DNA of 64,000 nucleotides from an uncultured Clostridium sp. GTDB lineage: Bacteria; Bacillota; Clostridia; TANB77; CAG-508. Location of the stretch: the NCBI GenBank assembly GCA_946495905.1, contig CAMMEP010000001.1:9089-73088 (forward strand), in the 5' to 3' direction. Below the pieces are notes generated by a model. That model saw only the letters and a list, made by a program, of their open reading frames with translations, was not told the DNA's origin and made no database searches. Positions 9,232-17,786 of this stretch are shown here, piece after piece. The translations under genes were made by a program, and so were the position numbers. Position 1 is the first letter of the stretch. Each line of letters starts with the position of its first letter.

Positions 9232-9594
9232 ATGTCAAAAAATGAATTTATATGTGACTGCAATATAATCCATGAAGATGTAGTAAATAGAACACTAGCA
9301 AAAATGCCAGAGCAAGATGTATTTAATAAATTAGCAGAATTTTTTAAAATTATTGGTGATACTACAAGAACAAAAATTTTATTTGCATTAGATGAAAATG
9401 AAATGTGTGTATGCGATATAGCAAATGTATTAGGAATGAGTAAATCATCTATTTCACATCAATTAGGAACATTAAGAAGAATGGGTATTGTAAAATGTAG
9501 AAGAGATGGAAAAGAAGTGTATTATATGCTTGATGATGAACATGTAAAACAAGTATTTGAAGTGGGTATTGAGCATATTGAACATAGAAAATAA
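9232..9594 (+). CDS. cadC: ArsR/SmtB family metal-responsive transcriptional repressor (CadC-like)
   Basis: AGGAGG RBS. N-terminal CDC, the EMCVCDIANVLGMSKSSISHQL metal-site plus HTH, and a position directly upstream of a Cd/Zn P-type ATPase. The listed ORF's N-terminal extension (9013-9231) covers the promoter and is rejected. Confidence 0.8.
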   Translation: MSKNEFICDCNIIHEDVVNRTLAKMPEQDVFNKLAEFFKIIGDTTRTKILFALDENEMCVCDIANVLGMSKSSISHQLGTLRRMGIVKCRRDGKEVYYMLDDEHVKQVFEVGIEHIEHRK

Positions 9595-9619
9595 AGGATT
9601 AGAAAGGAATTCAAATTTT

Positions 9620-11461
9620 ATGAAAAAAGATGGAATTAAAATAATAATTGCTTTTGTACTATTCTTATTTGCAATGCTTGTAAAATTTCAAAATGTATGG
9701 ATAAATAATGGAATCTTTATTGTCAGTTATCTTATTGTAGGATTTGAAATTTTAAGAAAAGCGGTAAAGAATATTTTTAAAGGTAAAGTTTTTGATGAGA
9801 ACTTTTTAATGGCAATAGCAACTTTAGGAGCATTTGCAATTGGCGAATTTCCAGAGGCAGTAGCTGTAATGCTATTCTATCAAGTAGGAGAACTATTCCA
9901 AGACTATGCAGTAGATAAATCTAGAAAATCTATTGCTAGTTTAATGGATATTAGACCAGACTACGCTAATGTTGTTAGAGATGGAAAAGAAGAAAAAGTT
10001 AGTCCAGAAGAAGTAAAAATAGGCGAAACTATTCTTGTAAAGCCTGGCGAAAAGATACCATTAGATGGACTTGTGATAGAGGGAAAAACTACATTAGATA
10101 CAAAGGCCTTAACAGGAGAATCAGTACCAAGAGAAGTAGTAGAAGGAGAACAAATACTTAGTGGATGCATTAACTTAAATGGTGTTATTAAGGTAGAAGT
10201 GTCAAAAGAATTTGGAGAATCAACAGTAAGCAAAATATTAGATTTAGTTGAAAATGCAAGTAGTAAAAAAGCAAAATCAGAAAACTTTATTACGAAATTT
10301 GCTGCATACTATACACCAATTGTAGTGATTATTGCAATAATACTTGCCATTGTGCCACCACTAATCATGGAAGGAGCCAATTTCCAAGACTGGCTATATA
10401 GAGCATTATCATTCTTAGTGGTATCTTGTCCATGTGCATTAGTAATATCAATACCTTTAAGTTTCTTTGGAGGTATTGGTGGAGCTTCTAAAATGGGAGT
10501 ACTTGTAAAAGGTAGTAATTATTTAGAAGCACTATCAAATGCAGAAATAATGGTGTTTGATAAAACTGGTACTTTAACAGAAGGAGTGTTTGAAGTACAA
10601 AATGTTGAACCAATTGGAATTAGTAAAGAGGAGTTATTAAAAGTAGCAGCATATGCAGAATATTATTCTAATCATCCAATTTCAAAATCCATAAAAAAGG
10701 CATATAACAAAGAAATTGATGAAAAAGAAATTATAGATTCACAAGAAATTTCTGGAAAGGGAATTGAAGCAAAAATAGGCAATCAAGATGTACTTGCAGG
10801 AAATGAAAAATTGATGAATGAAAAAGGCATTGAATATGAAAAATGTACGCATATTGGAAGCGTTGTATATGTTGCAGTAGATGGAAAATATGTTGGGCAT
10901 ATTGTAATTTCAGATAAAATAAAAGAAGATGCAAAAAGAACAATAGATGAATTAAAGAAAAACAACATTAAGCAAACGGTAATGCTTACAGGAGATAGAA
11001 AAAATATAGGAGAAGCTGTTGCTAAAGAAATAGGAATAGATAAAGTATATACAGAATTGTTGCCAGACGGAAAGGTAGAAAAAGTAGAAGAATTACTAAA
11101 AACAAAATCACAAAAAGGAAAATTAGCATTTGTTGGAGATGGAATTAATGATGCACCAGTACTTGCTATGGCAGATATCGGAATTGCAATGGGAGGAATT
11201 GGAGCAGACAGCGCTATAGAAGCAGCTGATATAGTAATTATGACAGACCAACCTTCAAAAATAATAAGTGCAATGAAATTATCAAAAAAGACAATGCGAA
11301 TAGTAAAAGAGAACATTATATTTGCAATAGCAGTTAAAGTTTTAGTCTTGATATTAACTGCATTTGGCTTATCTAGCATGTGGCAAGCTGTATTTGCAGA
11401 TGTAGGAGTTTCTATTATTGCTATACTTAATGCACTAAGAGCCTTGAGAGTAAAGAATTGA
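9620..11461 (+). CDS. cadA: heavy-metal (Cd2+/Zn2+) translocating P-type ATPase
   Basis: CPC motif (SCPCALVIS), DKTGTLT phosphorylation site, GDGINDAP hinge and TGES actuator (TGESVP). The N-terminus is short, without an HMA domain. Confidence 0.9.
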   Translation: MKKDGIKIIIAFVLFLFAMLVKFQNVWINNGIFIVSYLIVGFEILRKAVKNIFKGKVFDENFLMAIATLGAFAIGEFPEAVAVMLFYQVGELFQDYAVDKSRKSIASLMDIRPDYANVVRDGKEEKVSPEEVKIGETILVKPGEKIPLDGLVIEGKTTLDTKALTGESVPREVVEGEQILSGCINLNGVIKVEVSKEFGESTVSKILDLVENASSKKAKSENFITKFAAYYTPIVVIIAIILAIVPPLIMEGANFQDWLYRALSFLVVSCPCALVISIPLSFFGGIGGASKMGVLVKGSNYLEALSNAEIMVFDKTGTLTEGVFEVQNVEPIGISKEELLKVAAYAEYYSNHPISKSIKKAYNKEIDEKEIIDSQEISGKGIEAKIGNQDVLAGNEKLMNEKGIEYEKCTHIGSVVYVAVDGKYVGHIVISDKIKEDAKRTIDELKKNNIKQTVMLTGDRKNIGEAVAKEIGIDKVYTELLPDGKVEKVEELLKTKSQKGKLAFVGDGINDAPVLAMADIGIAMGGIGADSAIEAADIVIMTDQPSKIISAMKLSKKTMRIVKENIIFAIAVKVLVLILTAFGLSSMWQAVFADVGVSIIAILNALRALRVKN

Positions 11462-11512
11462 TTTTTAAGAACACTCTTAGAAGTTCAAGTTCTTGAAATT
11501 TGAGACACTCAT

Positions 11513-11568
11513 AAAAATAAAAATTACTTCTTAAAAATATGGAGTAATTTTTATTTTTGTGATATAGT
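11513..11568 (+). terminator. terminator hairpin (16-bp perfect stem AAAAATAAAAATTACT / AGTAATTTTTATTTTT) fused to an extended -10 promoter TGATATAGT for the next gene
   Basis: Seen directly. A nearly identical cassette recurs at 14720-14780. Confidence 0.5.
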
Positions 11569-11603
11569 ATGAATATAATTTTAATTCAAAGGAGGAATTT
11601 TGT

Positions 11604-12176
11604 ATGAAAAAAGATTTAGGAGTAAAACCATTTTTATTTCCAATGCCAGTTTTAATGATAGCAACATATGGAGACAATGATAAAGTAGATGTTATGAACA
11701 TGGCATGGGGAGGAATTTGTGATAATAATAAAGTAGCATTAAATATAACAGAAACACATAAAACAGCAGAAAATATAAAGAAAAGAGGAGCATTTACAAT
11801 AAGCGTAGCAGATGTAGCTCATTTAGAAGAATCAGACTTTTTTGGAACAGCTTCTGGCAACACAATGGAAGACAAGTTTGAAAGAACAAATATGCATGCT
11901 ACTAAGAGTACAAGAGTAGATGCACCAGTAATTGAGGAATATCCTATTACATTAGAATGCAAAGTAGCCAAAATCCAAAATGATGAATTTGGTTTTAGAG
12001 TTATTGGCGAAATTGAAAATGTTTTAGCAGATGAAAATGTGCTAGATGAAAATGGAAAAGTAGACCCTACCAAATTAAATGCATTTGTATTTGACCAATT
12101 CCAAAATGGATATTATAAAATAGGAGAAAAAGTTGGTCAAGCTTGGAGTAGTGGAATGAAGTATATGAACAAGTAG
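11604..12176 (+). CDS. flavin reductase-like (FMN-binding split barrel) domain protein
   Basis: KPFLFPMPVLMIATYGDNDKVDVMNMAWGG matches the flavin reductase-like domain signature. Confidence 0.7.
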   Translation: MKKDLGVKPFLFPMPVLMIATYGDNDKVDVMNMAWGGICDNNKVALNITETHKTAENIKKRGAFTISVADVAHLEESDFFGTASGNTMEDKFERTNMHATKSTRVDAPVIEEYPITLECKVAKIQNDEFGFRVIGEIENVLADENVLDENGKVDPTKLNAFVFDQFQNGYYKIGEKVGQAWSSGMKYMNK

Positions 12177-12254
12177 GTAGAAATCATAATATAAAGTAGG
12201 CTTTGAATTCAATTTTCATAGCCTATTTTTAATCTAAAAAAATAAATAAGGATA

Positions 12255-12286
12255 TTGACTTAAAGTGAACTTTAAGTGATATATAT
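12255..12286 (+). promoter_or_regulatory. promoter with operator: -35 TTGACT, spacer holding the inverted repeat CTTAAAGT-GA-ACTTTAAG, then extended -10 TGATATATA
   Basis: Seen directly. The same architecture and a near-identical leader plus RBS occur before the cupin gene at 15831-15892. Confidence 0.45.
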
Positions 12287-12348
12287 AAAATAATGTTCAT
12301 TAGACAATTTTTCTTAAAATAATTATAAAAATAGAAAGGATGATTTGT

Positions 12349-13233
12349 ATGGAAAAATCAAAAGTATATTTTACAAAAGAAATAACACCGGAAAGTGTTG
12401 TAAAAATGTATGAGACATTAGGAATTAATTTGCCTGGAAAAGTAGCAATTAAATTACACTCAGGAGAACAAGGAAATCAAAATTATCTTAGACCAGAATT
12501 TGTAAAACCAATTGTAGAAAAACTAAATAGTACAGTAGTAGAATGTAATGCAGCATATGATGGAGCTAGAAATACAACAGAAAAACATAAAAAATTAATA
12601 GATGAACATCATTGGACAAAATACTTTGATGTTGATATTATGGATGAAGAAGGTCCAGATGTAGAACTTGAAATTCCAAACGGGAAAATTTTAAAGCAAG
12701 ATTTTGTAGGCAAGCATATAAATAATTATGATTCTATGTTGGTATTATCACATTTCAAAGGACATCCAATGGGAGGATATGGTGGAGCATTAAAACAATT
12801 GTCAATTGGTGTAGCTTCATCTGAAGGAAAAGCTTGGATACACTCAGCTGGGAAGTCAAAAGACCAATATACAATATGGGGAGATTTACCAGAACAAGAT
12901 AAATTCTTAGAATCAATGGCGGATGCAGCTTCTAGTGTAGTAAAACACTTTAATGGCAATATTGCATTTATTAATGTAATGTGTAATCTTTCTGTTGATT
13001 GTGACTGCTGTGCAGTTGCAGAAGAACCATGCATGAAAGATATAGGAATATTAGCAAGTTTAGACCCAATTGCAATAGATCAAGCTTGCATAGATTTAGT
13101 ATATAATTCAGAAGACCCAGGAAGAGACCACTTCGTAGAAAGAGTGGAAAGACAACATGGTATTCATACAATTGAAGCAGCTGCTGAGCTTGGATTCGGA
13201 ACAAGAGAGTATGAATTGATAAATATAGATTAA
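12349..13233 (+). CDS. DUF362-like domain protein, putative Fe-S cluster binding
   Basis: Cysteine cluster CNLSVDCDCCAVAEEPC and a glycine-rich GHPMGGYGGALKQLSIG segment, as in DUF362 proteins. RBS AAAGGATGA. Confidence 0.5.
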   Translation: MEKSKVYFTKEITPESVVKMYETLGINLPGKVAIKLHSGEQGNQNYLRPEFVKPIVEKLNSTVVECNAAYDGARNTTEKHKKLIDEHHWTKYFDVDIMDEEGPDVELEIPNGKILKQDFVGKHINNYDSMLVLSHFKGHPMGGYGGALKQLSIGVASSEGKAWIHSAGKSKDQYTIWGDLPEQDKFLESMADAASSVVKHFNGNIAFINVMCNLSVDCDCCAVAEEPCMKDIGILASLDPIAIDQACIDLVYNSEDPGRDHFVERVERQHGIHTIEAAAELGFGTREYELINID

Positions 13234-13278
13234 TTGTGCACCTGTTACTATATAATGGCTTAATTAAAAGATACTATA

Positions 13279-13466
13279 AAAGCCAGATAAGATGTATATT
13301 TCTCAAATTTTTAAGTCGCTTGTTGTCGAAACCATATAAGCACAATTTAAGAAAATATATTTTCTTAAATTGTGCTAGGTTTCTTCAATCGCACTCGCCT
13401 AAAAGGCTCGTTTGGTCGCTACGCGCTCCTACAAAAATTTTCTAAATATACATCTTATCTGGCTTT
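13279..13466. repeat. structured palindromic repeat, family 1, copy 1 (23-bp perfect terminal inverted repeats, conserved core, internal 17-bp hairpin)
   Basis: AAAGCCAGATAAGATGTATATTT ... AAATATACATCTTATCTGGCTTT. The core is ~90% identical to 31780-31921. Confidence 0.7.
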
Positions 13467-13526
13467 AAAGGACATACTAAATTAACTATTAAACAGTAAT
13501 GAACAAGTGTGATTAATGGAGGTATT

Positions 13527-14708
13527 ATGAAAACATTGTATTTTGACTGCTCAAGTGGAATTAGCGGAAATATGACACTAGGAGCTTTACTAGAGATTGT
13601 TGGAGATAATAATTATTTACTAGAAGAACTAAAAAAATTAAATGTAGATGGATATAGAATAGAAATATCAAATAAAGTTAAGAATGGAATAACAGGAAAA
13701 TATGTTGATGTTATCTTGGAAGATGATGAACATGAGCATCATCAGGAGCATGAACATCAGCATGCACATAGAAACTTGAATGATGTAAACGAAATAATAG
13801 ATAACAGTTCAATCGATGATAAAAGTAAAGAATTAGCTAAAAGAATTTTCCTAAGAGTTGCAAAAGCAGAATCAAAAGTACATAATAAGCCATTAGAAGA
13901 AGTGCATTTTCATGAAATAGGAGCAATTGATTCAATTGTTGATATTCTTGGAACAGCTATACTAATAAACAAAATAAATCCTGATAAAATAATGTCAAGC
14001 ATTGTAAATGATGGATATGGCTTTATAGAATGTGCACATGGAACAATGTCAGTTCCAGTACCTGCAACTAGTGAAATTTTTGCTTCTTCCAATGTGAAGT
14101 TTAGACAAATTGATGTTGATACAGAACTTGTAACTCCTACTGGTGCAGCAATTATAGCAGAACTTGCAGAAGAATTCACTACACTTCCAGCAATGGTTAC
14201 AGAAAAAATAGGTTGGGGAGCAGGCTATAAAGACTTAAAAATACCGAACATTTTAAAAGTATATTACGGAGAAATGGAGCAACAAAGTGAAAATTTTGTG
14301 GTAATGGAAACTAATGTGGATGATTGCAGTGGTGAAGTTCTAGCATATACATCAGAAAAATTATTTGAAAATGGTGCTTTAGATGTATTTTATACTCCAA
14401 TATTTATGAAAAAAGGTAGACCTGCATATAGATTATCTGTGGCATGTAGAAAAGAAGATATGTTTAAATTACAGAATATTATGTTCAAAGAAACCACAAC
14501 AATTGGAATTAGATATAGATTTGAATCAAGGACAGAACTAGGAAGAGAAATGGTTGAAATTGATACAAAGTATGGAAAACTAAAAGCTAAAAAAGTAACT
14601 AATGATGGAGAAACCTATGTATATCCAGAATATGAAAGTTTAAAAGAAATTGCAAAAAAAAGTAATATCCCTTTGAAAGAATTATATAAATTAGAAGAGC
14701 TAAAATAG
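13527..14708 (+). CDS. larC: LarC family nickel-pincer cofactor biosynthesis protein (DUF111)
   Basis: N-terminus MKTLYFDCSSGISGNMTLGALLE is the LarC/DUF111 signature. His-rich metal-binding stretch EHEHHQEHEHQHAH. No larA, larB or larE is adjacent. Confidence 0.75.
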   Translation: MKTLYFDCSSGISGNMTLGALLEIVGDNNYLLEELKKLNVDGYRIEISNKVKNGITGKYVDVILEDDEHEHHQEHEHQHAHRNLNDVNEIIDNSSIDDKSKELAKRIFLRVAKAESKVHNKPLEEVHFHEIGAIDSIVDILGTAILINKINPDKIMSSIVNDGYGFIECAHGTMSVPVPATSEIFASSNVKFRQIDVDTELVTPTGAAIIAELAEEFTTLPAMVTEKIGWGAGYKDLKIPNILKVYYGEMEQQSENFVVMETNVDDCSGEVLAYTSEKLFENGALDVFYTPIFMKKGRPAYRLSVACRKEDMFKLQNIMFKETTTIGIRYRFESRTELGREMVEIDTKYGKLKAKKVTNDGETYVYPEYESLKEIAKKSNIPLKELYKLEELK

Positions 14709-14719
14709 ACATTTGAATA

Positions 14720-14780
14720 AAAAAATAAAAGTACTTTACACAAAAGTGTAGAGTATTTTTATTTTTTGTGATATAGTTAG
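14720..14780 (+). terminator. terminator hairpin fused to extended -10 promoter TGATATAGT (second copy of the cassette at 11513-11568)
   Basis: AAAAAATAAAAGTACTTTACAC...GTGTAGAGTATTTTTATTTTTT followed by GTGATATAGT. The next RBS is AGGAGG. Confidence 0.5.
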
Positions 14781-14801
14781 TACATGTAAAAAGGAGGAGC
14801 T

Positions 14802-15434
14802 ATGAGTAAAAAATTAAATAATGACTTAAAAGAATATATAGAAGCTGAGATATTTCCACAATATAATAAAAACGAAGCAGGACATGGAATAAATCACATA
14901 AAAACAGTAATAGATAGAAGTTTGAAATTCGCAAAAGATTATGATGTAGATATAAACATGGTTTATACGATAGCTGCATATCATGATATTGGTCATTATA
15001 TAGATAGGAAAAGACATGAAATTATATCAGCTGAAATTTTCATGAAAGATGAGAATATGATAAAATTTTTCAATGATGAAGAAATAAAAATAATAAAAGA
15101 AGCAATAGAAGACCACAGAGCATCAAGTGACCATGAACCAAGGACTATTTATGGAAGAATAGTAAGTACAGCAGATAGAACTATTATTGATATTGATACT
15201 ACGATAAGGAGATCATATTCTTATGGTAAAAGAAATTATGTAGGAATATCAGAAGAAGAACAAATTGACAGAGTTTATAGTCATTTAAAAGAAAAATATG
15301 GCGAAAATGGATATGCAAAAGTGTATTTAAAAGATAAAGAATTTGAAGAAGCATTACAAAAATTAAGAAAAACTTTATCTAATAAGCAAGACTTTATGAA
15401 TAGAGTGAAAAGAGTAGTAAGTAAGATGGAATAA
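14802..15434 (+). CDS. HD domain phosphohydrolase
   Basis: H...HD motif (AAYHDIGHYIDRKRHE) with conserved downstream His and Asp residues. Confidence 0.7.
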   Translation: MSKKLNNDLKEYIEAEIFPQYNKNEAGHGINHIKTVIDRSLKFAKDYDVDINMVYTIAAYHDIGHYIDRKRHEIISAEIFMKDENMIKFFNDEEIKIIKEAIEDHRASSDHEPRTIYGRIVSTADRTIIDIDTTIRRSYSYGKRNYVGISEEEQIDRVYSHLKEKYGENGYAKVYLKDKEFEEALQKLRKTLSNKQDFMNRVKRVVSKME

Positions 15435-15459
15435 AGAAAATTAGAAAGGAAATAAGAAA

Positions 15460-15789
15460 ATGGCAACAATAGAAGATTTTCAAAAATTAGATATTCGAGT
15501 GGGGACAATAATAGAAGCAAGTAAATTTGAAAAAGCAAAGAAACCAGCATACCAACTAAAAATTGATTTTGGAGAAGAAATAGGAATAAAACAGTCTTCT
15601 GCCCAGATAACAGATTTATATAATTTAGAAGAATTAAAAGGAAAACAAATTTTAGCAGTAGTTAATTTTCCAGCAAGACAAATTGCCAATTTTATGTCTG
15701 AAGTATTAGTGCTTGGAACATATAGTAAAGATGGTGTGATACTTATTACTCCAGATAAGAAAGCAAAAAATGGAGATAAGCTTGGATAA
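15460..15789 (+). CDS. tRNA-binding domain protein (CsaA-like / EMAP fold)
   Basis: FQKLDIRVGTIIEA...LKIDFGEE...AVVNFPARQIANFMSEVLVLG matches the Myf/CsaA tRNA-binding domain. Confidence 0.7.
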   Translation: MATIEDFQKLDIRVGTIIEASKFEKAKKPAYQLKIDFGEEIGIKQSSAQITDLYNLEELKGKQILAVVNFPARQIANFMSEVLVLGTYSKDGVILITPDKKAKNGDKLG

Positions 15790-15792
15790 GTA

Positions 15793-15821
15793 AGCAATTG
15801 GGGACAGTCCCCAATTGCTTA
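15793..15821. promoter_or_regulatory. 13-bp-stem palindrome AAGCAATTGGGGA-CAG-TCCCCAATTGCTT (same GGGGACAG core as 2947-3010)
   Basis: Seen directly. An A-tract follows on + and a T-tract precedes on -, so it is not a canonical terminator on either strand. Confidence 0.4.
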
Positions 15822-15830
15822 AAAAAACTA

Positions 15831-15862
15831 TTGGCTTAAAGTAAGGTTTAAGTGATATATAA
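15831..15862 (+). promoter_or_regulatory. second copy of the operator-containing promoter (TTGGCT-spacer with CTTAAAGT..TTTAAG-TGATATATAAT)
   Basis: Leader and start context ATAGAAAGGATGATTTGTTATGGAAAA are almost identical to 12320-12355. Confidence 0.45.
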
Positions 15863-15892
15863 TAAATAAAAAGATAGAAAGGATGATTTGTT

Positions 15893-16318
15893 ATGGAAAA
15901 TGAAAAACAAGAACATGGTGGAATGTTTGGAATGGGAGAGCCAAATACAGCATTTGCACAATATTTTATAGGAAATTCATATTTAAAACCTCTAACTAAA
16001 CCAGGAGCTTCTGTGGTATCTATTGCTAATGTTACATTTGAACCAGGATGTAGAAACAATTGGCATATACATCATGCAAGCAAAGGCGGAGGACAAATAC
16101 TTATATGTGTAGAAGGAGAAGGTTGGTACCAAGAAGAAGGTAAACCAGCACAAAGCTTAAAGCCAGGAGATGTAGTTACAATACCTGCTAATGTAAAGCA
16201 TTGGCATGGTGCAAAAAAAGATTCATGGTTTTCTCATTTAGCAGTAGAAGTGCCAGGAGAAGATACTTCAAATGAATGGTGTGAACCTGTTAGTGATGGG
16301 GAATATAATAAATTATAA
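15893..16318 (+). CDS. cupin domain protein
   Basis: Two His-containing cupin motifs (NNWHIHHASKGGGQIL and PANVKHWHGA). Confidence 0.6.
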   Translation: MENEKQEHGGMFGMGEPNTAFAQYFIGNSYLKPLTKPGASVVSIANVTFEPGCRNNWHIHHASKGGGQILICVEGEGWYQEEGKPAQSLKPGDVVTIPANVKHWHGAKKDSWFSHLAVEVPGEDTSNEWCEPVSDGEYNKL

Positions 16319-16356
16319 TTAAAGATTAAAAACGAAAAACAATACAAACTTGTACA

Positions 16357-16389
16357 AAATAGAGGCTATTTTAGTCTCTATTTTTTTGC
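16357..16389 (+). terminator. rho-independent terminator
   Basis: AAATAGAG...CTCTATTT stem followed by TTTTTT. Confidence 0.5.
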
Positions 16390-16495
16390 AGCCATATTAT
16401 ATTAAAAAAATTAGGAAAATATTAGAGTAAAGTATCTTTTTTTTTACAAATATGATAGAATATTTGTTAATGAATATTACTAAGTGGAGGATTAA

Positions 16496-17173
16496 ATGAG
16501 TAGTTTTTATGAGTTTGTAAAAAATGATAAAACTATAATAGAAATTTATAAGCAAATACATGAATACGAAGACGAAGAGAAAGAACGTGCATACCATGAT
16601 TTAAATCATGTAATAAATGTAGCTGAATTAGTAAAAAGGTTGCTTGAAGCTTTAAATTATGACAAAGAATTTATTGATGAGGCACAGGTAGCAGCAATTT
16701 TACATGATACTGGATGTATAAAAGGTAAAGAAGGTCATCCATTCAGAAGTTATGAATATGCAAAGGACTATTTAGAAAAAAATAATATTAAGTTAAAGAA
16801 TCAAGAAATGGTATTGGATGCTATAAAAAACCATAGTAATGGATTCGATACTGATAATATTATTACACTTACGCTGATATTGGCAGATAAACTTGATGTA
16901 AAGAAAACAAGGATTAGTACAGAAGGATGCAAATTTGTTGGAAATAGACAATTCCAATATGTAAGTGACATTAATTTAAAAATAGATAAACATAATCTAA
17001 AAATCTACTTTAAGTGTGATCAAAAGATCAATTTAAAAGAATTAGAAGAATATTATTTTACAACAAAGATTTTTAAGGCAGTAAAGACTTTTTCTAAAAA
17101 GATGAATTTACAGCCAGATGTATTTGTAAATAATGAATCTTGGAAAGCTTTTTATAATCCAGATAGAATTTAA
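16496..17173 (+). CDS. HD domain phosphohydrolase
   Basis: LNHV...ILHDTGCIKGKEGH forms the HD metal-binding motif. GGAGG RBS. Confidence 0.6.
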   Translation: MSSFYEFVKNDKTIIEIYKQIHEYEDEEKERAYHDLNHVINVAELVKRLLEALNYDKEFIDEAQVAAILHDTGCIKGKEGHPFRSYEYAKDYLEKNNIKLKNQEMVLDAIKNHSNGFDTDNIITLTLILADKLDVKKTRISTEGCKFVGNRQFQYVSDINLKIDKHNLKIYFKCDQKINLKELEEYYFTTKIFKAVKTFSKKMNLQPDVFVNNESWKAFYNPDRI

Positions 17174-17240
17174 AGTAGCGAAATATAATACAGAATATCT
17201 AAAGATAAAGTTAACTTTAGTAAGGAGATGTTACTTAGGT

Positions 17241-17786
17241 ATGAATATAGAAAATGAATTAAAAGAAATTCTAATAGATAAATATAATGTTGAAGTTAAT
17301 GGAATTCAAAAAAATCTTCAATCAACTATTGGCAATGTATATATTAGTAATGATAATAAATATGTAATAAAAATATATAATGATATAGAACATACTATAA
17401 CAATGACAAATTTACATAATGATATGGAACGTAAATCTGTGTTACATTTTGACCTAACAAGAAATAACATATTTATTGATAACGAGCAAGAAAAAATTGG
17501 TTTCATTGATTTTGATGATGCAAAATTTGGTGCGTCCGTGTGTGATGTGGCTATATTAGTTGCAAACTTATTTTTTTCAAAATCTAAAGGTGCTAATTTA
17601 GAAGATATGCATAAATTTATAGATGCATATTACGAAGAAGATTTGAAAATAAAAGAAGTAGAAGTACCTAGAATAAAAGAATTTGCCTTAATGTGGATAG
17701 ATTATGTTTTAGACGGAAATGAGTTTGATGCAAGTACGACGGAAAGTTTTGAAGTAAGGAAGAAGCTAATAAATAGGCATTTATAA
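17241..17786 (+). CDS. phosphotransferase (APH/choline-kinase-like) family protein, unusually short
   Basis: Catalytic-loop and DFG-like motifs HFDLTRNNIFID ... IGFIDFDDAKFG. AGGAGA RBS before ATG at 17241. The region between the N-lobe and the catalytic loop is much shorter than in typical APH enzymes. Confidence 0.4.
   Translation: MNIENELKEILIDKYNVEVNGIQKNLQSTIGNVYISNDNKYVIKIYNDIEHTITMTNLHNDMERKSVLHFDLTRNNIFIDNEQEKIGFIDFDDAKFGASVCDVAILVANLFFSKSKGANLEDMHKFIDAYYEEDLKIKEVEVPRIKEFALMWIDYVLDGNEFDASTTESFEVRKKLINRHL

Noticed and set aside
13236-13445. 69-aa ORF inside the family-1 repeat
   Set aside because: It lies entirely within a palindromic repeat, has no RBS, and its counterpart in copy 2 is not conserved as an ORF.
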